Source: Candidatus Berkelbacteria bacterium (GTDB lineage: Bacteria; Patescibacteriota; UBA1384; UBA12157; JAENIV01). Taken from it: a stretch of DNA of 30,353 bases. Each line of letters opens with the position of its first letter. Position 1 is the first letter of the stretch. The position numbers were made by a program, and so were the translations under genes. The stretch is taken from the NCBI GenBank assembly GCA_016844295.1, contig JAENIV010000008.1:1-30353 (forward strand), in the 5' to 3' direction. Below, piece by piece: positions 14,353-21,566 of the stretch. The notes beneath the pieces were generated by a model. That model was not told where the DNA came from, did not search any database, and saw only the letters and a list, made by a program, of their open reading frames with translations.

Positions 14353-14569
14353 GGGGGTGTGCGAATGCTGGCAACCTTCAATGGGTGCTGGCAAAGCCAG
14401 TACAACGGTCTGGATGCCGGTCTTAACTCATCCTGCTGGGAGCTTAGTTAAGTGGTATAACGGAGGTCTCCAAAACCTCGGTCGGGGGTTCGATTCCCTC
14501 AGCTCCTGCCAAAATGAGTTAAGACGCGCAAAACCGTAGACCGGGGTTCGATTCCCTGCACCCCTGCCA
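14353..14569 (+). ncRNA. Outer tRNA-Trp-like shell enclosing tRNA-Trp(CCA)
   Basis: Acceptor GGGGGTG/CACCCCT + G + CCA. Anticodon stem ACGGT (14405-14409)/ACCGT (14533-14537). T-arm CGGGG-TTCGATT-CCCTG. D-like hairpin GTGCTGGC-AAA-GCCAGTAC. Perfect 12-bp inverted repeat 14420-14431/14514-14525 around the inner tRNA. Confidence 0.8.
14438..14511 (+). tRNA. tRNA-Trp(CCA), nested; CCA end encoded
   Basis: GGGAGCT/AGCTCCT, GTTA-AGTGGTA-TAAC, GAGGT-CTCCAAA-ACCTC, GGGGG-TTCGATT-CCCTC, G-CCA. Confidence 0.96.
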
Positions 14570-14582
14570 GTTTTCGTGGATA

Positions 14583-14611
14583 TTGACGCTCAAAAATTTT
14601 ACGGTTATACT
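14583..14611 (+). promoter_or_regulatory. Putative sigma70 promoter of the pilus operon
   Basis: TTGACG (14583-14588), 17-nt spacer, TATACT (14606-14611); AAGGAGG RBS before the TTG start at 14647. Confidence 0.75.
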
Positions 14612-14646
14612 TAAATTAAGATAATTACTCCTAATAAGGAGGGAGT

Positions 14647-16923
14647 TTGTTTTTGAATATTAATACAGATAAAAGCCAAAAACGCCTATTCGATGTTCTT
14701 CTTGAAAATGGAAAAATAAATCCGCAAAACTCTCAATCTTTAAGACTGTTGTCAAACCAAGAATTAGACAACAGGCTTAGATCTCAAAATATAGTTTCTG
14801 ATGAAGATATTAATAAGGGATACTCGAGTATTTTAAATATTCCATACGTTGATCTCAAAGACAAAACAATCCTCAGGGAAATTTTAAATATTATTCCTGA
14901 AAATTTAGCCCAGGAATATAAAATAATTGCTTATGATCAAAAAGAAAATATCTTGAAAGTGGCGATTGCTAACCCAGGTAAACTCACAAGCAATCTTGAA
15001 AGAACTCTTAATGATATTAAGGCAAAAAAGAATATCAATATTGAAATTGCCATAACATCAATGGGGAATCTCAACAGCGCTTTAAGTCAATATCGAAATA
15101 TTAAGGAAGAAAAAACCATTCCGGAAATTAATGTTGAAATTCAATCTCCACAGCCTGCTATGGCTATGTCAACAAATACATTAAAAACAGTCGATTTGGA
15201 AAAAATACAAATACCCTTTGATGTTATTTCTAAATTCCCGGAAGATATTGCTCGCAAATATCAAATGGTCGTTTTCGAGGCGCCCCATTCGTCTTTTATT
15301 AAAGTTGCTGTCGCCGATCCTGATGATAAAAAAGTTAAAGAAATTTTAGAATTTGTCCGTGAAAAAAATGATATCGGGATTGAAGAGTATAAATCTACTC
15401 CCGGTCAAATCCATCTGGCCATGCAATACTATCAACCTCCGAAACCTGCAGTTTCAGCGTCTGTAGCAGTGCCAGCCACGTCTGTTCCCATTCAACAAGA
15501 AGTTGAAGAAAAGCCCAGGCAATTTGTTCCCAAGCCTCAAGCCCCGCTACCTCAGACAATACCGCTGAAACAAGAAGAAATGCCTATTAAAAAAACAGAT
15601 GACGAAACTCCTGAAATTAAACGAGAGGAAAAAGTTCCTGAGGTACAAAGTAAAATTGCGGTTACGCAACCAATTTTAAATCCCGAAGAAGGTGATTTAG
15701 ATAAATATCTAGGAATGGAAATCAAAGAAATAGGGGATTTATTGGCAATTGCTGAAGATAGTAACATCCCAAAAACTTTAGCTGCCGCGATTGCCTTAGC
15801 TGTTCGACGTAAGGCTTCAGACATCCACGTAGAACCAGCCGAAAAGAATATGCGAATCCGTTTCAGAGTTGATGGGATTTTGCGCGATATTATTAAACTG
15901 CCTTTGGAGGAACAACCGGCAATTATTTCTAGAATCAAAATTTTAGCCAAATTAAAAATCGATGAATCGCGCATTCCTCAAGATGGCCGTTTCGATTGTT
16001 CGACAGCCGGTCATCAAATAGATTTAAGAATCTCAACTTTGCCAACTGTTCATGGTGAAAAGGCTGCCATGAGAATCTTAGATAAATCCTTGAAAATGTA
16101 TACCATGGAAGAATTGGGGATAACAGGAAGGGGTTTAAAAATTCTCACGGAAAACATTGATAAACCTTACGGAGTGGTACTCTCTACCGGACCTACTGGA
16201 TCGGGTAAATCAACAACTTTGTATGCTATATTAAATCGAATTTCCACCGCCTCGGTAAATATTGTTACCCTGGAGGATCCCGTTGAATATGAGGTTCCGG
16301 GGATTAATCAATGTCAGATAAAGCCAAAAATCGGTTTTACATTCGCCAATGGTCTAAGAAGCGTTCTCCGCCAGGATCCGAATATTATTATGGTTGGGGA
16401 AATCAGAGACTCGGAAACGGCTTCTTTGGCAACCCATGCTGCTTTGACCGGTCACTTAGTATTATCCACTTTACACACGAATGACGCCACCGGGGCTCTT
16501 CCTAGACTTATCAACATGGGGGTTGAACCGTTTTTAATTACTTCATCAATAAATTGTGTTATTGGCCAAAGATTGGTGAGACGGCTCTGTCAAAAATGTA
16601 AAAAACCCGCACATATTCCTGACCCTGTTTTTAATGAAATTGAAGAACAATTGGCCAGATTTAATTTGCCAAAGCCTTATCAATTTTTTGAAGGACGCGG
16701 ATGTCCGGAATGTGATCAAGGGTATAAAGGAAGAGTCGGCATTTATGAAGTATTTGCTATGAGCGATAAAATTGAATCGCTAGCAATTGACCGTCGGCCT
16801 GCTTCAGAGATCCGAGAAGCAGCAATTAAGGAAGGCATGGTAACCATGAAACATGACGGACTTTTCAAAGCCCTTAAGGGCATCACAAGCGTTAACGAAG
16901 TCTTAAGAGTTGTAACAATATAA
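14647..16923 (+). CDS. pilB: Type IV pilus assembly ATPase (PilB/GspE family) with duplicated N-terminal domain
   Basis: ASDIHVEP, Walker A GPTGSGKST, TLEDPVEY, LRQDPNIIMVGEIRD, TGHLVLSTLHTN, tetracysteine CQKC...CPEC. Confidence 0.95.
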   Translation: MFLNINTDKSQKRLFDVLLENGKINPQNSQSLRLLSNQELDNRLRSQNIVSDEDINKGYSSILNIPYVDLKDKTILREILNIIPENLAQEYKIIAYDQKENILKVAIANPGKLTSNLERTLNDIKAKKNINIEIAITSMGNLNSALSQYRNIKEEKTIPEINVEIQSPQPAMAMSTNTLKTVDLEKIQIPFDVISKFPEDIARKYQMVVFEAPHSSFIKVAVADPDDKKVKEILEFVREKNDIGIEEYKSTPGQIHLAMQYYQPPKPAVSASVAVPATSVPIQQEVEEKPRQFVPKPQAPLPQTIPLKQEEMPIKKTDDETPEIKREEKVPEVQSKIAVTQPILNPEEGDLDKYLGMEIKEIGDLLAIAEDSNIPKTLAAAIALAVRRKASDIHVEPAEKNMRIRFRVDGILRDIIKLPLEEQPAIISRIKILAKLKIDESRIPQDGRFDCSTAGHQIDLRISTLPTVHGEKAAMRILDKSLKMYTMEELGITGRGLKILTENIDKPYGVVLSTGPTGSGKSTTLYAILNRISTASVNIVTLEDPVEYEVPGINQCQIKPKIGFTFANGLRSVLRQDPNIIMVGEIRDSETASLATHAALTGHLVLSTLHTNDATGALPRLINMGVEPFLITSSINCVIGQRLVRRLCQKCKKPAHIPDPVFNEIEEQLARFNLPKPYQFFEGRGCPECDQGYKGRVGIYEVFAMSDKIESLAIDRRPASEIREAAIKEGMVTMKHDGLFKALKGITSVNEVLRVVTI

Positions 16924-16927
16924 ATAA

Positions 16928-17033
16928 AAATTCGAAGCACGAAATCCGAAGCACGAAACAAATTCAAAATTATAAATTCAAATATTCAAACATTAAGTAT
17001 TATTTCGAATTTCGATATTCGATATTCGAATTT
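16928..17033. repeat. Imperfect inverted array of 7-nt repeats between pilB and pilT
   Basis: Left arm AAATTCG-AAGCACG-AAATCCG-AAGCACG-AAA. Reverse complement of right arm AAATTCG-AATATCG-AATATCG-AAATTCG-AAA. Confidence 0.8.
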
Positions 17034-17050
17034 ACGACAAAGGAGTTTAT

Positions 17051-18118
17051 ATGCAAATTACCCTAGACCCTTTAATGAAAAAACTAATCGACCTAGCCAT
17101 TGAGCGCAAAGCTTCAGATATTCACTTAACCGTAGGCGTGGCGCCCCTGATTAGAATTGACGGAAAACTGGCGACTGTGCCAGATGAGGCCGCTTTGACA
17201 ACCGAAAGTGTCACAAAATTAATTCAATCTTTTATGACTCAGGAACAATTAGAGCGCTTAAAAGTCCGAAAAGAAGTTGATTTTTCTTTTGGCTATCAAA
17301 ATACACGCTTTCGCACAAATACATATTTTCAAAAGGGTAATTTAGCCGCCTCCTTGCGTTTGATTCCTAAACTTATCAAAAATCTTCAAGAATTGGGGTT
17401 GCCGCCAATTTTGGAAAAGTTCACCTCTCCATCCCAGGGATTTTGTATTATTACCGGCCCAACCGGACATGGCAAATCAACGACTTTGGCAGCCATGATA
17501 AATCATATTAATCACTATCGCGCAGAGCACATTGTCACAATTGAGGACCCGATCGAATACGTTTTTGAACACGATAAATCAATTATTTCTCAAAGAGAAG
17601 TTGGGACTGATACGAATTCCTTCGCCCGGGCATTAAGGTCGTCATTACGAGAAGACCCAAACGTTGTTTTAGTCGGAGAAATGCGTGATTTAGAAACTAT
17701 CGATGCCGCCTTGACCTTGGCAGAAACTGGCCATTTGGTTTTTACAACTTTACACACCAACTCAGCCGCTCAAACAGCAGATCGTATTGTTGATGTTTTC
17801 CCGCCCCATCAGCAGCAACAGGTCAGAATGCAGTTGGCAAATGTCTTGTTGGGTGTTGTTTCGCAAAGATTAATCCCGCGCACATCCGGTGGAAGGATCG
17901 TTGCCTGTGAAATTATGGTCGCCAATTCGGCAGTTAGAGCCACTATTCGTGAAGGCAAAACCCATCAATTACCTAACATCATCCAAACATCAGCCTCCGA
18001 AGGCATGATTACTTTAGACAAAGTTTTAGCTGAAATGGTTTCCAAAGGAGAAATAACGATTGATAATGCCTTGACTTGGTCGCTTGATCCCAAAGCTTTT
18101 AAGATGATGGTGTATTGA
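17051..18118 (+). CDS. pilT: Type IV pilus retraction ATPase
   Basis: ASDIHL, GPTGHGKSTTLA, HIVTIEDPIEY, LREDPNVVLVGEMRD, ETGHLVFTTLHTN, AVRATIRE (AIRNLIRE-like motif). Confidence 0.96.
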   Translation: MQITLDPLMKKLIDLAIERKASDIHLTVGVAPLIRIDGKLATVPDEAALTTESVTKLIQSFMTQEQLERLKVRKEVDFSFGYQNTRFRTNTYFQKGNLAASLRLIPKLIKNLQELGLPPILEKFTSPSQGFCIITGPTGHGKSTTLAAMINHINHYRAEHIVTIEDPIEYVFEHDKSIISQREVGTDTNSFARALRSSLREDPNVVLVGEMRDLETIDAALTLAETGHLVFTTLHTNSAAQTADRIVDVFPPHQQQQVRMQLANVLLGVVSQRLIPRTSGGRIVACEIMVANSAVRATIREGKTHQLPNIIQTSASEGMITLDKVLAEMVSKGEITIDNALTWSLDPKAFKMMVY

Positions 18119-18194
18119 GCAAAGCTCAATAAATTATTCTAATTAACTTAATTATTCTAATTTCTAATCAAACCCTAATGATAATGAAGAGTAA

Positions 18195-18635
18195 TGTCAT
18201 TCTGAGGCGTAGCCGAAGAATCTCCCATGAATATGGGTTGGTATGAGTAAAAAATATTACGTTTATATCGCTACGAATAAATCCAACACTCTTTATACTG
18301 GTGTAACTAACGATATACAAAGAAGAATGTATGAACATAAATTTAAGTTTATCAAGGGATTTACAGAAAAATATAACATTAATAAATTAGTATATTTTCA
18401 GGAATTTAATAATCCGAATGAAGCAATTACAGTTGAAAAGAAGATAAAAGGTTGGACAAGAGCAAAAAAGATAAACTTAATAAAAAGTTTGAATCCCACC
18501 TTTAAGGACTTACTTGAGTCATGTTGAACAATCGTGTAATTCTGGAGCATTGTCATGTTGAGCGAAGCGAAACATCTCTGGCGAATGCCAGTTCTCAAAC
18601 AAGTTGAGAGATCCTTCGTTTCACTCAGGATGACA
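18195..18635 (+). mobile_element. GIY-YIG nuclease cassette bounded by REP-like repeats (three copies)
   Basis: TGTCATTCTGAGGCGTAGCCGAAGAATCTC (18195-18224) and TGTCATGTTGAGCGAAGCGAAACATCTC (18551-18578) in forward orientation; inverted copy GAGATCCTTCGTTTCACTCAGGATGACA (18608-18635). Confidence 0.7.
18243..18527 (+). CDS. Small GIY-YIG nuclease family protein
   Basis: YYVYI...LYTGVTNDIQRRMYEHK...FTEKYNINKLVYFQEF...AITVEKKIKGWTRAKKINLI. Confidence 0.92.
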   Translation: MSKKYYVYIATNKSNTLYTGVTNDIQRRMYEHKFKFIKGFTEKYNINKLVYFQEFNNPNEAITVEKKIKGWTRAKKINLIKSLNPTFKDLLESC

Positions 18636-18721
18636 TGTACCAATTTAACATTTTTGATTTGAAATTTGAATTTACAAGTAATATGATATAGTAGTTATGT
18701 GGATAAAAAGTGAGGGGTTTA

Positions 18722-19783
18722 ATGAAAGATATTGTTATTTTTTCTCGTGTTACCAACAAAGAAAAGGTCTTTTTTGCCAGACAATTAGCAGTCATGATCT
18801 CTTCGGGGGTGGCTCTCGATAATGCTATCAATCTCGTGCGCTTACAAACCAGAAATTCGGCCTTCCAAAAAGTCTTGACGCAAATTTATCAAGATATTCA
18901 AGCCGGAGAAAAACTTTCCGTATCTTTAGGTAAGCATCCTAAAGTGTTTGATGAAGTTTTTATTGCCGTTGTTTCCTCTGGAGAAGCCACGGGAAAGTTA
19001 GATAAGGTTTTAACTCACTTGGCAGACCGTATGGAGGCGATGCAGGTATTCAAAAGCAAAATTAAAGCCGCCTTGGCATATCCAATATTTGTTGTTGTTA
19101 TGATGGTTGCCGTAGTAGTGTTGATGATGATTAAAGTAATTCCCATTTTAAAAAATGTTTTTGAAGAATCCGGGGTCAAACTACCCTGGTCAACACAACT
19201 CATAGTTGCAACATCGGATTTTCTTGTAAAATGGTGGTGGCTAGTGTTGGCTATGCTTGCTTTAGTCATCTTAATCTTATGGTTAATTTTTACAAAAACT
19301 AAAAAGGGCCGGTTTGCTTGGGACACAATTAAACTCAAGGCCCCACTTGTAAAATATGTATCATACGATTTATATATGTCGCGTTTTGCCAGAACTACCG
19401 CAATGCTTATTTCTTCAGGAATTCCAATTATCGAAACAATCAAAATTACTGCCCGAGCAATAAATAACAGAGTATATATTCGGATTATGAAAAAAGTTAT
19501 TGCCCAGGTCGAAAGAGGAATTCCTATGTCTGTGCCGCTTTCTAAAGAAAAAGATGTTCCAATTCTTGTTTCCCAAATGATTATGGTAGGTGAACAAACT
19601 GGAAGGCTTGAAACATTAATGGACAAATTGGCCGATTACTATGAAAATGAAGTCGATACAAAGATTAAAACCATTTCCAATCTTGTCGAACCTGTAACGA
19701 TTGTAATTGTCGGTTTTGGCGTAGGATTTTTAATTTATTCAATCCTTTACCCAATATACGGTTTAGTAAATGTCATAAAGTAA
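18722..19783 (+). CDS. pilC: Type IV pilus platform protein (PilC/GspF family); start taken at ATG 18722 behind a GAGG RBS
   Basis: FARQLAVMISSG, GEATGKLDKVL, ALAYP, VGEQTGRLE, LVEP motifs; three TM helices. Confidence 0.93.
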   Translation: MKDIVIFSRVTNKEKVFFARQLAVMISSGVALDNAINLVRLQTRNSAFQKVLTQIYQDIQAGEKLSVSLGKHPKVFDEVFIAVVSSGEATGKLDKVLTHLADRMEAMQVFKSKIKAALAYPIFVVVMMVAVVVLMMIKVIPILKNVFEESGVKLPWSTQLIVATSDFLVKWWWLVLAMLALVILILWLIFTKTKKGRFAWDTIKLKAPLVKYVSYDLYMSRFARTTAMLISSGIPIIETIKITARAINNRVYIRIMKKVIAQVERGIPMSVPLSKEKDVPILVSQMIMVGEQTGRLETLMDKLADYYENEVDTKIKTISNLVEPVTIVIVGFGVGFLIYSILYPIYGLVNVIK

Positions 19784-19860
19784 CAAATAAGGTTTGTTAG
19801 GTCGATCAGCCTTTAGAAATAATAATGCAAAAAAAATTTAAAACTTAAAAGGAAATTTAC

Positions 19861-20301
19861 ATGAAACGAAAAGGATTCACTTTAATCGAGTTGTTGGTTG
19901 TCATTGCCATCATCGGTATTTTGGCTGCTATGGTTTTGGTCGCCTTAAACGCTGCCAGGCAACGTGCAAGAGATACCCGTGTTCGTGGAGATTTATCACA
20001 GATAAGATCAGTTGCTGAAACAGTTATGAGTGGCACAGGAAACTATGATGGTGTAGCCGCAGATGCAAATTACATACAATACAGGGATGACGTGAACACG
20101 CAAAATGGGGCATCTGGAGGCACTCCAACTATTACTCTAAACCCTGCAACAACAAGTACCGCTTATTGTGTTGTAGCAAGTTTAGCCACTGCGTCGCAAT
20201 CGGTTTGTGTTGATTCGCTTGGCGTAACGCAAGGAAACAACGGGGCCACACAGCCTTCTTGTTCAGCGGCCGCTGCCTGTACCGGTGGAATACAACTATA
20301 A
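19861..20301 (+). CDS. pilA: Type IV pilin, probable major pilin
   Basis: G|[18 protein letters not shown]; C-terminal cysteines. First pilin after pilC and followed by a long hairpin. Major status is inferred from position. Confidence 0.85.
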   Translation: MKRKGFTLIELLVVIAIIGILAAMVLVALNAARQRARDTRVRGDLSQIRSVAETVMSGTGNYDGVAADANYIQYRDDVNTQNGASGGTPTITLNPATTSTAYCVVASLATASQSVCVDSLGVTQGNNGATQPSCSAAAACTGGIQL

Positions 20302-20370
20302 TCAAGAAGATCACCTCTAGTGTTTGTGGTTTTTTGGCGTACGCCCCACAAAGCCGAGGTGATCCCTTGA
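20302..20370 (+). other. Long stem-loop between pilA and pilD
   Basis: TCAAG/CTTGA, GATCACCTC/GAGGTGATC and TTTGTGG/CCACAAA inverted pairs; no U-tract follows on the + strand. Confidence 0.65.
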
Positions 20371-20394
20371 ATTCCCAATTAATTGGGGATAAAT

Positions 20395-21150
20395 ATGGTA
20401 GTTATCTTCGGATTAGCCGTTGGAAGTTTTTTAAATGTTATTATTTTGCGTTTTGACGAATTAAAAACTATTTGGAAGGTTAGATCGCATTGTTTAAAAT
20501 GCAAAAAAGAAATTCGCTGGTACGACCTAATCCCATTTTTATCTTATTTCGTCTTAGGCGCCAAGTGCCGATATTGTAAAAAACCAATTTCCTACCAGTA
20601 TCCGATAGTAGAAGGATTGACGGCCTTATTATTTGCCTGTATTTATTATCATTACGGGTTAACTTGGCAAGCATTACTTTTAGCAATTATTGCTTCAATT
20701 TTAGTCGTTATTTCAATTTACGACATGCTACATTACGAAGTTCCGGACATTCTATCTTATTTAGGAATTCTTTTCGCCCTAGGATTTGTATTCGTGAAAT
20801 TATATTCTGCTAGTAGCCTAAATTGGGAAAGTATAATTCCCTATGGTTACGCTATCTTAGCCGCCGGTGGATTTTTGGGCTTTTTAGTCATTATTTCCAA
20901 AGAAAAATGGATGGGAGCAGGGGATATACTCCTGGGGATTTTAATGGGAATATTACTTGGCATGCCCAACGTTTTAACGGCCTTATTTGTGGCTTTTATC
21001 TCAGGGTCTTTAATCGGATTAATTTTAATAGCGGGCCGCAAAAAAACCATCAAAGATGCCGTGCCGTTTGGGCCATTTTTAGTTCTGGGTACATTAGTCG
21101 CCTTATTTTGGGGTGAGAAATTAATTAATTATTATTTCGGGATATTTTAA
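20395..21150 (+). CDS. pilD: Prepilin peptidase / N-methyltransferase
   Basis: GSFLNV, RSHCLKC...WYDLIP...AKCRYC, YP-VE, ISIYD, MGAGD, PFGPFL. Confidence 0.95.
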   Translation: MVVIFGLAVGSFLNVIILRFDELKTIWKVRSHCLKCKKEIRWYDLIPFLSYFVLGAKCRYCKKPISYQYPIVEGLTALLFACIYYHYGLTWQALLLAIIASILVVISIYDMLHYEVPDILSYLGILFALGFVFVKLYSASSLNWESIIPYGYAILAAGGFLGFLVIISKEKWMGAGDILLGILMGILLGMPNVLTALFVAFISGSLIGLILIAGRKKTIKDAVPFGPFLVLGTLVALFWGEKLINYYFGIF

Positions 21151-21160
21151 AGGAGGATGA

Positions 21161-21539
21161 ATGAAAAAAGGATTCACCTTAATTGAATTATTAGTTGTTA
21201 TCACCATTATCGGCATTCTCGCTGCGATGGTTTTAATGGCTCTAAATGTTGCTAGACAAAGAGCAAGAGAAAGTAGAATTAGGGGTGATATGTCTCAATT
21301 AAGACAGACAGCGGAAAGTTTTAATTTAACCGTAAATTCATATAACGGTGTTTGCGTAAATTTAGCTGCAAGCCAGTACTATACAGATGTCGCGAAATGG
21401 TTTTTCGTTGTCAGTCAGTTTAATTTCTGCCGGGACAATTTGCATAAGTTCAGCCGGGACAACTACCTCTGGGGTATCGGTGGCAGGAGCAGTTGGGCCG
21501 CCCGTGGTTTTGCCTTCATGTAATGGACCAGCAATATAA
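21161..21539 (+). pseudogene. PilA-paralog pilin disrupted by a frameshift with apparent internal deletion near 21391-21399
   Basis: Frame 0 is PilA-like up to YYTDVAK. The +1 frame continues [26 protein letters not shown]...LPSCNGPAI* (stop 21537-21539) and aligns with the PilA C-terminus. Confidence 0.75.
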
Positions 21540-21566
21540 ATTTTATAATAATAACAAGGAGCCATT

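Noticed and set aside
14412-14528. Group I intron explanation for the shell inserts
   Set aside because: Inserts are only ~90-120 nt and almost entirely tRNA, with no P/Q/R/S core. For Trp, the junction after U33 that restores a 7-nt loop does not end in the required terminal G.
13824-14539. ORFs 13824-14063 (-) and 14357-14539 (+)
   Set aside because: They overlap tRNA-Tyr/Thr/Trp and the shells; no protein motifs.
14353-14569. Trp shell as tmRNA (GGGGGTG start, GAC before the T-arm)
   Set aside because: No G3.U70 pair or A73 alanine identity, no tag ORF or pseudoknot space. It has an ACGGT/ACCGT anticodon stem and G73 like tRNA-Trp.
16928-17033. CRISPR array
   Set aside because: 7-nt degenerate units without unique spacers; no cas genes. 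No CRISPR array was seen anywhere in the window.
17051-18527. TGA recoding (genetic code 25)
   Set aside because: pilT, the GIY-YIG gene, holB and others end at TGA at their expected lengths, so the standard code 11 fits.
18398-18643. ORF MVHVILSETKDLS...
   Set aside because: Translation of the REP-like repeat and antisense of the GIY-YIG gene.
18640-18722. pilC N-terminal truncation by the GIY-YIG cassette
   Set aside because: PilC is short (353 aa), but it has a good RBS and no orphan N-terminal fragment upstream of the cassette; a naturally short form is equally likely.
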